The position numbers and the translations under genes are program-made. Below are positions 40,253 to 49,851 of a stretch of DNA of 64,000 nucleotides, piece by piece. The number at the start of each line of letters is the position of its first letter. Position 1 is the first letter of the stretch. The notes beneath the pieces were generated by a model. The model was not told the origin of the DNA. It worked only from the letters and a program-made list of their open reading frames with translations, and searched no databases. The stretch is from Candidatus Lustribacter sp. (GTDB lineage Bacteria > Vulcanimicrobiota > Vulcanimicrobiia > Vulcanimicrobiales > Vulcanimicrobiaceae), in the NCBI GenBank assembly GCA_965277805.1, contig OZ255842.1, positions 4,448,001 to 4,512,000 on the forward strand, written 5' to 3'.

Positions 40253-41239
40253 TTAGAGATAGCCGGCCTCCTGGTAGTAGCGGAGCGCCCCGGCGTGCAG
40301 CGGTATCGACGTTTGCGCCATCTTTTTCGGATCGAGCGGATACGTAACGGGACTGCGATTGGCCGGCATCGACATGTATTGCTTGTCGAGTTCGGCTCGC
40401 GCCTCGACTGCGCACCACGTTAGCAGGTGTGCGACTTCGTCGGGCATGTCGTCGCGGACTAAGATCAAGAAGTCCGAAAAATCGAGCGCGTCGAGCGGCG
40501 CAGTGAGGTTCTGCCAGAAACCGGCCGGAAGCTGGTTGCGCGGCAAACCGAAACGCTGCTGAAGTTGCGCGAGCGCGTCCGGTTCGGCCGGTAGCGGAAT
40601 GCCTTTGCCCCCCTCAACAACGCGCACCCAACCCGGCGTCATCACCGCCTCGTGCATCACGGCGTCGGCCTCGCCGTTATTCATACGGTCGAGCGTGTCG
40701 AACGGGTGCTCGTCTTCAACGAAGGTCAGTTGCGCTTCATCGATTCCGTGCGCTTCGAGCAACAGCCGGCCGACGTAACCGACCGGCGAGGTCTTCGGCG
40801 CGGTAGCAATGCGGAGCGCCGGCCGTTTCGCGCGTAACTCGGCGTACGATGAAATTCCGAACTCCGGCGCAATCGCCAAGATCAGACAATCGTTCTGCGG
40901 GATGGCCGCTAACGCGCGCAGATTCGGCGCCGCTTGACCGGCATACAATCCGCTGCCGGCTACGCGCGAGGGCGTCAACATGCTGGGCGTCATCAAGCAG
41001 AGATCTGCCACGCCGTTCTGTACCAGCGTTACCTGGTCGTCGTCGGCCATACTCCAAATCGCCGTGCGTGATTTCGGACCCGCGCGCCGGCAAAACTCCT
41101 CGGTCAGCCAGCAGCACACTTTATGCATGCTTGCGCCGCCCCAATCGCCCATGAACGTAAGCATGTACGAACGCGCGAGACGCGGATCGGCCGCGGTGAG
41201 CGCCTTGCGCCCCCGCGCGAAGGGGGCGGGAGCGGTCAT
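40253..41239 (-). CDS. TAXI-family TRAP solute-receptor-like protein
   Basis: VRDDMPDEVA and IPLHAGALRYYQEAG motifs. ATGA overlap with the upstream gene. Confidence 0.8.
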   Translation of the reverse strand: MTAPAPFARGRKALTAADPRLARSYMLTFMGDWGGASMHKVCCWLTEEFCRRAGPKSRTAIWSMADDDQVTLVQNGVADLCLMTPSMLTPSRVAGSGLYAGQAAPNLRALAAIPQNDCLILAIAPEFGISSYAELRAKRPALRIATAPKTSPVGYVGRLLLEAHGIDEAQLTFVEDEHPFDTLDRMNNGEADAVMHEAVMTPGWVRVVEGGKGIPLPAEPDALAQLQQRFGLPRNQLPAGFWQNLTAPLDALDFSDFLILVRDDMPDEVAHLLTWCAVEARAELDKQYMSMPANRSPVTYPLDPKKMAQTSIPLHAGALRYYQEAGYL

Positions 41240-42204
41240 TGCGCCGCGCCGACCGCTGCGAAGAAGTCCGACTTCACGCGGGGCACGTCGTTCGCCCAGA
41301 TGTCTTTCCATTCATCGGGAATGGGGACGCCGTTGGGCAGATGCGTCAGGTACTGCCAACCCAGCTTGTCGATCTCGACGAGGCAGCTCGCGAGTTCTTT
41401 CTGCATCCGCTCGGGCGGGAAGCCGATGCTTCCACCGTGACCGGCCAGCATAAAATTGAAGCGGAAGTCACGCAACCGTTTGAGCGACCGCCGCTGCATA
41501 TCCCAATCGTCCCAGCAGCGTAAGGGGTTCGTCCATAAGCATTCTTTATCGAGTTCCCAGCTCAAGGAATCGCCGACGAAGAGCCGCTCGTCGATGAGAA
41601 AAGCGACGCTGCCGATCGTGTGGCCGGGAATCGGAATGACCTCGACGCCCGGAATCGGTTCGGTTACCGCATAGCCGGTGAGAATATCGGTCGCCTCGGG
41701 CGACGCCGAGCGATCGTTTTCGTGAATCCACAACTTCGCCCCAAAGCGCTCGGCATATTTCGCCGACGCGCCGACGTCGTCGCGATGCGTCAAGAGCACG
41801 TGATCCAATCCGCCCTGTTCCTCGAAGAACGCGACGAGCTTCGGGACGAAGCGCGGCCCATCGATGAGGATATTTAGTCCCGTTTTGGTGCGGATAAAGA
41901 ACGGATGCGCGCCGGCGGTGTCGTTGTCGTTATAGCCGAGCCGGTAGAGATTCTCGGCGAGTTGTTGCGGGAATACGTTCTCCGGCATCTTGAGCCCGTG
42001 CGGCGCCAAGATCGAGCCCGTCGGACACGCAAGCGCGGCGCGCCATGCGGCCATCGTCTCTTCTTCGTTTGCGGGTTGCCGTTTGAACTGCGCCTGGCCG
42101 ACGGCGTTTGCCCCGATGATCCCGGGCGCCAAGTTCCAAGCGGCGCGGCAAATGCGGCAGGTCGACGTAATCGTCCACTCTGTGCGATCGACAGCAGTAC
42201 TCAT
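41236..42204 (-). CDS. Ferredoxin-like N-terminus fused to MBL-fold metallo-hydrolase
   Basis: CRIC...ACPTGSI; THRDDV, PGHT, GDSL and AGHG motifs. Confidence 0.83.
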   Translation of the reverse strand: MSTAVDRTEWTITSTCRICRAAWNLAPGIIGANAVGQAQFKRQPANEEETMAAWRAALACPTGSILAPHGLKMPENVFPQQLAENLYRLGYNDNDTAGAHPFFIRTKTGLNILIDGPRFVPKLVAFFEEQGGLDHVLLTHRDDVGASAKYAERFGAKLWIHENDRSASPEATDILTGYAVTEPIPGVEVIPIPGHTIGSVAFLIDERLFVGDSLSWELDKECLWTNPLRCWDDWDMQRRSLKRLRDFRFNFMLAGHGGSIGFPPERMQKELASCLVEIDKLGWQYLTHLPNGVPIPDEWKDIWANDVPRVKSDFFAAVGAAQ

Positions 42205-42210
42205 GACAGT

Positions 42211-42239
42211 AGGCTGACAGAACGACAATATTATGTCAA
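42211..42239 (-). promoter_or_regulatory. Putative sigma70 promoter for a leaderless MBL transcript
   Basis: TTGACA-17 bp-CAGCCT-6 bp-ATG(42204); TGACA/TGTCA inverted repeat overlaps it. Confidence 0.5.
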
Positions 42240-42359
42240 CATGGCCGACGCCGGCCTCGCCGGCAATCGCCCTAATCTCGCCTACACTTCAACCGGGCGG
42301 ATGATCGGCCGGCGCGTAAGTCACAACGACGAATGTCACCAATGCGGGAAAGAGTGCGT

Positions 42360-42656
42360 ATGGATATTTCCAATTCATCCGCTTTCGCGCCGAACGAAAG
42401 TAAGCTCGAAGAACGCGTACGCGAAGTCCTGGCCGACGACGACTCCGCCGGCGAGCCGCTGTCGGAAGAGGCGCTCGTCGACGCCGACGCCATCGGGACC
42501 GCGCTGAGCGATCGAGCTAATATGCAGAACGACGCGCAGTCCACGGGGGACGACGTGCTGGCCGATCCGCACGTTCCCGAGGTGGACCCGCCGGGTGACG
42601 AGCTCGGCGGCGGCCTCGGCAATGCAGTCGGCGGCGAACCGGCGACAGACGGCTAG
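42360..42656 (+). CDS. Small acidic, probably disordered hypothetical protein
   Basis: D/E-rich 98-aa ORF with typical codon usage. Confidence 0.6.
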   Translation: MDISNSSAFAPNESKLEERVREVLADDDSAGEPLSEEALVDADAIGTALSDRANMQNDAQSTGDDVLADPHVPEVDPPGDELGGGLGNAVGGEPATDG

Positions 42657-43261
42657 CCGCCGACAGAGCAATGCTGATTGGAAAACGCCAGTGCGGAGGC
42701 GATCGACGCTGCGGTAACCCGCTTTCGGCCATAACGGAGCGCCCGCCATTGGCCGTGCTTCCGCGACCTCAGGCTCCGCCTGCGTCGCGCCACGAAACAC
42801 CGTTGTATCAGAAGTTGGTTATCGCAACTAAGAGACGACTGCATCATCGCGGCAAACGCTGGTCACATACCCGCAGCCCGTCGTGCTATTCGGGCTCGGC
42901 AGCAACAACGAACTGATTTTAGCCCCAACCTTTCATACGCTCGTCGTTCGGGAAATGCTAACGCGGGCTTATCACAGGCGTTTCAGCTGACCTACAGCAT
43001 TGCATATTTTGCTACGGCTAAGCTTGGAATTACATCGGTAAGCACGTTGCTCAACTCATCAGGTGCAGTCCCATCTGGCGTCATCGGTCGCTACGCGGAT
43101 TCAGGAACGGAATCTCGCAACACACTACGTTCGAATTCGGATTATCGGTTCAATTGTGACCGTGGAGTCACACCCATTTGAGAGGCCAGTTGCCGAACGC
43201 GATCTAAGGAACGGTCGTACGATCATCCGAGTTGACGACAACAGTCGAGGAGGTCTGTAAG

Positions 43262-43918
43262 TTGAGATTTCACCTGACAGTCACCTTATGGGCCGGATTT
43301 GTGGCGGCCGGCGCATTCGGCTCCAGCGCGAACCCGGCGCGCGCAGCGGATCTGCTTAGTGAATGGCCGTCAATTCAGATGCCGCCGGCGCCCGCACTGA
43401 AAGCGGTCACCGTCGATCCCAAGACGACTGCACTCCTCTTGTTCGACTTCATGATCGACAACTGCGGGCAGCGTCCGCGCTGCGTTGCTGCGGTTCCCAC
43501 GCTTAAGGCCATCCATGACCGAGCGCGCGCCGCCGGGATGATGGTCGTCTATACACTGCCCAGCGGGGGCAAAATCATCGACCCGGCCATCGCTCCGCGC
43601 GAGGGTGAGGTCTTAAATCAAACGCCGGGCGGACCCGACAAGTTTCTTGGTGACGATCTCGACCAACGACTCAAGGCTCGCGCCATCAAGACGGTGATCC
43701 TCTGCGGGACTTCCGCGCAGGGAGTCGGCCTCGGCACCGGCGCGAGCGCGGTTCAGCGCGGTTATACCGTAATCTATCCGATCGATTGTTTGCCGTCGGA
43801 AAGCGCTTTCCGCGAGGCTTACGCGGCCTGGCACATGGCCGGCGGCGGGCCGCCGGTGACAACCAAAAATGTTACCGTGACCCGCGCCGCTATGATCACG
43901 CTTGCGGGCGCAAACTGA
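43262..43918 (+). CDS. Secreted isochorismatase/cysteine-hydrolase-fold protein
   Basis: GAGGAGG RBS before TTG 43262, signal peptide, TALLLFD and KTVILCG motifs. Confidence 0.8.
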   Translation: MRFHLTVTLWAGFVAAGAFGSSANPARAADLLSEWPSIQMPPAPALKAVTVDPKTTALLLFDFMIDNCGQRPRCVAAVPTLKAIHDRARAAGMMVVYTLPSGGKIIDPAIAPREGEVLNQTPGGPDKFLGDDLDQRLKARAIKTVILCGTSAQGVGLGTGASAVQRGYTVIYPIDCLPSESAFREAYAAWHMAGGGPPVTTKNVTVTRAAMITLAGAN

Positions 43919-44099
43919 CGCGGGCGGATATGGGCTTTACGCCGAGATTGTCGCCGGATTTGAGCGCCTGTGCGAAGACGAGCCACAATGCCACCGACCC
44001 GAGCGCAAAACTGCCGAGAGTAAGAAACGAAAAGCTGTAACCGAGCCGTTCGGCCAGGAAGCCACCCAGCGCGGGGCTGAGGGAGGCGCCCAAGCCCTG
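43896..44099 (-). pseudogene. C-terminal remnant of an MFS transporter
   Basis: QGLGASLSPALGGFLAERLGYSFSFLTLG resembles TM11-12 of MFS; no N-terminal part upstream. Confidence 0.65.
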
Positions 44100-44157
44100 C
44101 GATCGTGCTTTCGGGAGGCACGATCGACATCGACGACGTTCACGTCTACGGGTTGGC

Positions 44158-44472
44158 CTAGGCCGATGCGGCGGCCGGCGTCTTCACGGCAAGGATCTCC
44201 GGCTTCTCGATCGCCGGCGCCGTCACAAACAGTTCCTCGGCCTTCGCGAACAGGGCTTTCGCGACTTCGCCGGATAGGTGCGCTTCGCGCCCTTCCTGAT
44301 TTGGAAACGTATCGAAGATACCGAACTTCGATGAACCCATCTTGAGAGCATACCAGCTCGTCGTCCCGATTTCAGCCTGCACCAGCGGCAGCGCCGATTT
44401 CAGAAACTCCTCGACTTGCCTCTCTTTGCCGGGCCGCGCTTCGAGCAGCGCCAAGACCGCTAATTTATCCAT
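44158..44472 (-). CDS. Antibiotic biosynthesis monooxygenase (ABM) family protein
   Basis: LEARPGKE, FGIFDTF and REAHLSG motifs. Confidence 0.85.
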   Translation of the reverse strand: MDKLAVLALLEARPGKERQVEEFLKSALPLVQAEIGTTSWYALKMGSSKFGIFDTFPNQEGREAHLSGEVAKALFAKAEELFVTAPAIEKPEILAVKTPAAASA

Positions 44473-44562
44473 GTCGTTCAAATACCCGACCCCCAAGCTT
44501 GGCAATCAGCAGCGGCCAGCGTGTTCTGTTTTCACAAAGGCGGGTCGAGCGGGCCCGTCTGA

Positions 44563-45018
44563 GTGAGCCCTATGACGCGAGATGAATTGACCCGTAAGAT
44601 CGAGATCCGGAAGCGGACCAAGAAGCTGACCTGGAAGCAGATCGCAACGGCGATCGGCCCCGCATCACCAATTGTGACCACGGCGGCGCTCTTTGGCCAA
44701 ATGCGCCTGGACGACGGTGAAGCCGCAAAGGCGGCGGAGCTGCTCGACCTCAGTGATGAGGAACGAGATTTGCTCACCGAGATTCCCTACCGCGGATCGT
44801 TGCCGGCCGGTCCACCGACCGACCCGTTGATCTATCGCTTCTACGAATTAGTGCAGGTGTACGGAACGACGTGGAAGGCGCTGATCCAAGAGGAGTTCGG
44901 CGACGGGATCATGAGCGCGATCGACTACAACATGCAGATCGAACGTGAACCCAATCCGAACGGCGATCGCGTGAAAATCACCATGTCCGGCAAGTTCCTA
45001 CCATACAAAAAATACTAG
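44563..45018 (+). CDS. cynS: Cyanate hydratase (cyanase)
   Basis: PTDPLIYRFYE, EEFGDGIMSAID and GKFLPY motifs. Confidence 0.96.
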   Translation: MSPMTRDELTRKIEIRKRTKKLTWKQIATAIGPASPIVTTAALFGQMRLDDGEAAKAAELLDLSDEERDLLTEIPYRGSLPAGPPTDPLIYRFYELVQVYGTTWKALIQEEFGDGIMSAIDYNMQIEREPNPNGDRVKITMSGKFLPYKKY

Positions 45019-46007
45019 CTTCGTTCGTTATACCATCGTAAGACGCGCAAAGCGCGTAGGGTATTCCATCGACTGGGCTGCCCTTCTCCATCGTCAATGG
45101 GGAAGTGCGTGCGCCCGCGATACTGATGATCGAGACGCCAGCGGCCGTCAGCATCGCACTTGGCCTGAACGAGCGCGACGGCTTCCCTGACTCTCTCGTC
45201 GGGAACGGCTTCGGCTGCGCGGAGATAGTCGAGGCCGCGCAGCACATCGTAATGCCAGTACGCCGGGAACGAGAACCGTTCGAACGTTTCGCCGTCGCCG
45301 GTCTTGCGATCGCGAATCGCTTCGCCGGTCGTGAGGCGTCGAAAGAGTCGCCGCTCGAGCAAATATTCTTGCCCCCGGAGGCGGCTGGAGCGAACGTCGG
45401 GCCGTCCCGTGGCTCGCTCGAAAATCAGCAGACCATCAAGCACCTCGATCGTCGTATGAAATGAGCCTCGGACGGACCCGTTCTCCTGTTCGCAGTTCCA
45501 TCCGCCGTCGCGCATTTGTTCACCGAGTAAACGATCGACGATGTTCGCGACGTCTTCGCCGAAGTACGCGCCATTAGCGACAACTCGACCGTTGATGCAC
45601 GGTTCGACCTCACCCGCGAAGTATGGCTCGCCGGCATGTTCCCAACGGCAGCCCTCGCGGATCAAGCGAACGGCGTTGCGCGCTCGTGAATCGTTGGGAT
45701 CCAGGCCGAACTGCCGTAAGAGCGACAAGCTCCACGTCGTGGACGTCCACTCCGGGAAGAGCGTCCCTTTCTGCTCGGGCGCTAGCGATTGCCACCACGT
45801 ATCCGCCGCAGCAGACGGAAATTCCGGGACGCCTGACTGCCACTGGCCGGCGGCGCTCTGAAGAGCTAAGAGCCGCGCTCCCCAGCCCTCGGCGCCGATG
45901 CGAGACCGTTCGGCCGCGACGTCCTCCGCCGTTGCGTCACTGAGATCGCGCATGACCTGCCAGCGGATCGCCGGGTCTGAATCTAACAGCCACGCCAGAA
46001 CGTCCAT
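45015..46007 (-). CDS. Prenyltransferase/squalene-cyclase-like alpha-barrel hypothetical protein
   Basis: WLLDSDPAIRWQV, QMRDGGWNCE and SRWNTLRALRV motifs. Confidence 0.75.
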   Translation of the reverse strand: MDVLAWLLDSDPAIRWQVMRDLSDATAEDVAAERSRIGAEGWGARLLALQSAAGQWQSGVPEFPSAAADTWWQSLAPEQKGTLFPEWTSTTWSLSLLRQFGLDPNDSRARNAVRLIREGCRWEHAGEPYFAGEVEPCINGRVVANGAYFGEDVANIVDRLLGEQMRDGGWNCEQENGSVRGSFHTTIEVLDGLLIFERATGRPDVRSSRLRGQEYLLERRLFRRLTTGEAIRDRKTGDGETFERFSFPAYWHYDVLRGLDYLRAAEAVPDERVREAVALVQAKCDADGRWRLDHQYRGRTHFPIDDGEGQPSRWNTLRALRVLRWYNERS

Positions 46008-46080
46008 TCGACGCCGTGCTGCTTCATCGATTCCTCGGCTCCTTCCAGCAAACGGCTCCCATAGGAGTGCTGAGCGCCGC

Positions 46081-46911
46081 CTAAGCCGGTACGGTGCTCA
46101 CCGCCTCGTAGGCCTCTGCTTCGTCGCCGAGACCCCGGGTCGCCGGAAGAACGACGTGAGTTCTGGCGTCCTTCGCGAACGCTTGCGCCGCCTCACGGCC
46201 GGCCCAGCGCGTGAAGAGCACTTCGTGCCCGTCGTCGTCGCTGGCGAGAAGAGCACCGCCCTGCAAATCGGCCGCGGTACTGAGCCCCGCGAGTAGCGCC
46301 TTCGCGGACTTCGTAAATGGCGGCATTTCGGCCGGCGGTGCGTGCACGCTGACAACCGCGTACGCAAACGCGGGCTCAACGTCGATCCGCGCCGTCCCGC
46401 TCGCATGCACGACATGCAAGATGTCGAGCGTCCGGTTTTCGGGAATGGCGTGATGCTCGATGTAGGTTTTGTGCGCGTCCCACGCATTCTGCATCTTGTG
46501 GAAGGCGGCATGGCCCGTAACGACGGAAACGGTCAGAACGCGGCGCCGATGAAAGCTCTCGAGTGCAACACCCCACTCGACTCCGTCTGCCACCTCGCGG
46601 TACTCCGTGCGCAGCGCGGTTAGCCAGGCGTCGACGCGGTCCGCACGCACGTGCGCATCGTCGAGACAGAACCAGCGCGCGGGATCGACCTCGAACGTCA
46701 TCACGGGCAGTGGCTGTGCCCGCGCGACTCCGAGCACCGCTTCCTCGCTTGTGGGCAAGCGTTCGACGTCATCCGGATGGACGTGGAGTTCACGGGCTTC
46801 CCCGTGCTTGTCGGGCACACGAACGACGACCGTGCGCGTTTTCACCTCGACGACCACTCCGTCGATATCTTCGGTTTTGAGATGCACGCGATCGGCCGGT
46901 TGAAGCTTCAC
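46081..46911 (-). CDS. Hypothetical protein: SH3/KOW-like N-terminus plus ABM-like alpha/beta-barrel region
   Basis: DRV...GVVVEV...VVVRV N-terminus; VLFTRWAGREAAQAF C-terminus. Confidence 0.6.
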   Translation of the reverse strand: MKLQPADRVHLKTEDIDGVVVEVKTRTVVVRVPDKHGEARELHVHPDDVERLPTSEEAVLGVARAQPLPVMTFEVDPARWFCLDDAHVRADRVDAWLTALRTEYREVADGVEWGVALESFHRRRVLTVSVVTGHAAFHKMQNAWDAHKTYIEHHAIPENRTLDILHVVHASGTARIDVEPAFAYAVVSVHAPPAEMPPFTKSAKALLAGLSTAADLQGGALLASDDDGHEVLFTRWAGREAAQAFAKDARTHVVLPATRGLGDEAEAYEAVSTVPA

Positions 46912-47090
46912 GATCGTCCTTCAGAGCCTCGCTAGCGAAATGTTGGGATTTACGCCGTTCGGCGACGGGGAAGCGGCGGCATGCGCGACACCGTGGTAGC
47001 GCGGAACCCATGACCGCGACTTTGTTGACTCAACCGTAAGGCGGCGTTACGCTCCGGTGCTCAACTCCAAGCACTGGGGATGGATGGAAC

Positions 47091-48038
47091 ATGATTGCCG
47101 CACTTCCGAAAACGATGAAAGCCGCAGTTCTCGATAGATCCGGACCGCCCGAAGCCTTCTCCATCAAGGACGTCCCCGTACCACGCGTCGGTCACGATCA
47201 CGTCTTGATCGCGCTTCAGTACGCCGGCGTCGGCAGTTGGGATGCGGAGCAGCGGAAAGGCGAGTACGGAGCGGTCAAGCCCGGCACGATTCCGGGCACC
47301 GACGGAACCGGCACGATCGCCGCGGTCGGTGCCAACGTCCAAGGCCTGCAAGTCGGCGACCGCGTCTACTCGTACAGCTACGGCTTGCCGCACGGGTTTT
47401 ACGCCGAATACGTCAACGTGGCTGCCGGTCACGTCGCGCACGTTCCCGTGCAGATCGATCCGCCGGTCGCGGGCGGTATGCCCTGCGTCGCATTAACGGC
47501 ACTGAGCGGACTCGACGCCCTGAAAATAACGCAGAGGCAAACGATCTTGGTTTACGGCGCCAGCGGCGGCGTTGGTTCATTTGGAGTTTGGCTCGGGCAA
47601 CGGCGCGGAGCGACGGTGATCGCGACTGCCCGGCCCGACGCGCACGAGTACGTCCGCCAGCTCGGCGCCGCGCACGCGACCGACCCGCATTCGTCAAACC
47701 TCGAACGCGTCATCAAGCGCGAGGCGCCACAGGGATTCGATGCTACGCTGGTGACCGCCGGCGGCGGCCCGTTGCAAGAATTCCTCTCCTATCTCCAGCC
47801 ACGCGCGCCGTTAGCATATCCAAACGGTGTCGAACCCGCGCCGCACGCTGACGGCCACGATGCGATCGCCTTCGACGGCGAAGCATCGCCCGAAGCCTTC
47901 CGCCGCTTGAACGCGGCGATCGGTTCCGCGACGATTCCGTTGCGCGTCCACGAGTACTTGCTCGAAGACGTCGCCAAGGCGCACCGCCGCATCGAGCAAG
48001 GGCACGTCGTCGGTAAAATCATTCTCCGCATCACCTAG
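47091..48038 (+). CDS. NADP-dependent quinone-oxidoreductase-type MDR enzyme
   Basis: PGTDGTG, GASGGVG and GKIIL motifs. Confidence 0.88.
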   Translation: MIAALPKTMKAAVLDRSGPPEAFSIKDVPVPRVGHDHVLIALQYAGVGSWDAEQRKGEYGAVKPGTIPGTDGTGTIAAVGANVQGLQVGDRVYSYSYGLPHGFYAEYVNVAAGHVAHVPVQIDPPVAGGMPCVALTALSGLDALKITQRQTILVYGASGGVGSFGVWLGQRRGATVIATARPDAHEYVRQLGAAHATDPHSSNLERVIKREAPQGFDATLVTAGGGPLQEFLSYLQPRAPLAYPNGVEPAPHADGHDAIAFDGEASPEAFRRLNAAIGSATIPLRVHEYLLEDVAKAHRRIEQGHVVGKIILRIT

Positions 48039-48138
48039 CACATGCACGACGCGACCGTCCTATCCAGTGGGCGGACTCGGTCTCGTGACGGTTTACCGTT
48101 CGGCGATGCGGTGGCGTACGACCCTCAGCTAGAATTAT

Positions 48139-49149
48139 TTGATGAGGCGAACGACGATGCTCGTGGGCGCAGCGGCGGCAATTGGAGCTGCGAGCGCAGC
48201 ACGGGTTGCGCGCGCTCAGTCCAACCGAACGATCGCAGTTGCCGCGCTGGCTGTGAGCGCAGCTACCTGGCCGACGCTCGCCTGCGAAGAGCTCGGGTTC
48301 TACAAGCACTATAACGTCGAGATCGACAACTCACTGGTCAGCTCGGTGGCCTCGGCCGCGCAGCAGCTCATCGCTGGTGCCTGCGATATGACGGGGCTGT
48401 CCACGACGCAGTATATCGAGACGGCCATCGCTGGTGCGTCCCTCAAGTTCATCTGCAACCAAGTCACGACGCCACCATACTCGCTCATCGCGCAAAAGCA
48501 GTATAAAAAGTACGCCGATCTTCGCGGAACGACCATTATCATCGGCGGCATTAATGATATCACGCACATTTTCATTGACAAAATGATGGCGTCCGGGGGC
48601 GTGAAGCCGGATCAATTCGATCTTGTTTTTGCCGGGGCGACACCAGATCGCTACAGCGCCTTGCGTTCCGGCAGCGTGTCAGCCGCGCTCCTCTTTCCGC
48701 CGTTCGACTTCCGCGCGGTTGACGACGGATACAACAACGTTGGAAGTTTGCCGGACGTCATGCCGCCCTTCCCATTTACAGGATGGACGGTTCGTACCGA
48801 CTTTTTGGCGAAGAACACTGATCTCATGGTCGACTTCACCAAGGCCTATCTGCGAGGAGCGCGCTGGGTCAGCGACCCCGTCAATCGCAACAAGGCGATC
48901 GACATGCTCCTCTCCCGGACCAACGTTTCACGCAGCGATGCGCAGCGGTCGTACGACGAACTCGTCGCAAAGTATCGAATCTTTCCGGCGGACGGGCTCA
49001 CGGCCGATGGACGCATGTCGATCGTCGTCAATGCCCTCGCGGAACTCAAGATCCTCAAGCCACCGCTCCCGCGGCCCGCGTCATTCTACGATAATTCGAT
49101 CGTCAGGCGCGCCAATGCGGAGCTCGCTCGCGAGCCCCGGACGATATGA
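48139..49149 (+). CDS. NitT/TauT-family ABC substrate-binding protein
   Basis: MRR leader; ADLRG and RYSALRSGSVSA motifs. Confidence 0.85.
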   Translation: MMRRTTMLVGAAAAIGAASAARVARAQSNRTIAVAALAVSAATWPTLACEELGFYKHYNVEIDNSLVSSVASAAQQLIAGACDMTGLSTTQYIETAIAGASLKFICNQVTTPPYSLIAQKQYKKYADLRGTTIIIGGINDITHIFIDKMMASGGVKPDQFDLVFAGATPDRYSALRSGSVSAALLFPPFDFRAVDDGYNNVGSLPDVMPPFPFTGWTVRTDFLAKNTDLMVDFTKAYLRGARWVSDPVNRNKAIDMLLSRTNVSRSDAQRSYDELVAKYRIFPADGLTADGRMSIVVNALAELKILKPPLPRPASFYDNSIVRRANAELAREPRTI

Positions 49150-49850
49150 ATGAAGCGTTTGAGAATCATTGCTGGAAGGACGTGGTTCCGCGCGACGTCC
49201 TCGATCTGTACGAGCACTACGTGCGCGACCTCTACGTCGGACCCGCGCCGGCCTTGATCGCGATCGATCTGTACGAGCTTGCCTATCAGGGTGGACCGCG
49301 CCCGATCGCAGAGATCGCGGGCACGTATCCGAGTTCTTGCGGTGAGTACGCCTGGGCTGCAATCAAACCGACTCAACGGCTTTTTACTGCTGCCCGTGCC
49401 GCTGGGATTCCGATCTTTTATTCCACCGGCGAGACGCTTTCGGATAGCAAACCCAACGTCCTGAAGGCGACGAATCGACGGGGCGCGTCGATCGACGCAG
49501 CGTCCCTTGCGATTCGGGCTGAGTTCGCGCCACAGCCGGGCGACACGGTGATTCGCAAGCAGCGCGCAAGCGCGTTCTACGGGACACCGCTCGTTGCGCA
49601 CCTCACGCAACTCGGGGTGCGATCGGTCATCATGGTTGGCGAAAGCACTTCCGGCTGTCTGCGCGCCAGCGCCGTCGATGCCTACTCGAACGGCTATCAC
49701 GTGACGATCGTCGAGGAAGGCTGCTTCGACCGCAGTCTGATCTCGCACAAGATTAACCTTTTCGACCTCCATCACAAATACGCCGATGTGATGTCCGTTG
49801 ACGAGGTCGTGGCGCACCTCGAACGGCGGGGACTGGAAATCGCGAGCTGA
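49146..49850 (+). CDS. Isochorismatase-family amidohydrolase (NicF/RutB-like)
   Basis: D-K-C triad: AIDL, RKQRASAF, TSGCLR. Confidence 0.88.
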   Translation: MNEAFENHCWKDVVPRDVLDLYEHYVRDLYVGPAPALIAIDLYELAYQGGPRPIAEIAGTYPSSCGEYAWAAIKPTQRLFTAARAAGIPIFYSTGETLSDSKPNVLKATNRRGASIDAASLAIRAEFAPQPGDTVIRKQRASAFYGTPLVAHLTQLGVRSVIMVGESTSGCLRASAVDAYSNGYHVTIVEEGCFDRSLISHKINLFDLHHKYADVMSVDEVVAHLERRGLEIAS

Positions 49851-49851
49851 C

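Noticed and set aside
45015-46007. Possible squalene-hopene cyclase or terpene cluster
   Set aside because: Only 330 aa, no DXDD motif and no isoprenoid genes nearby.
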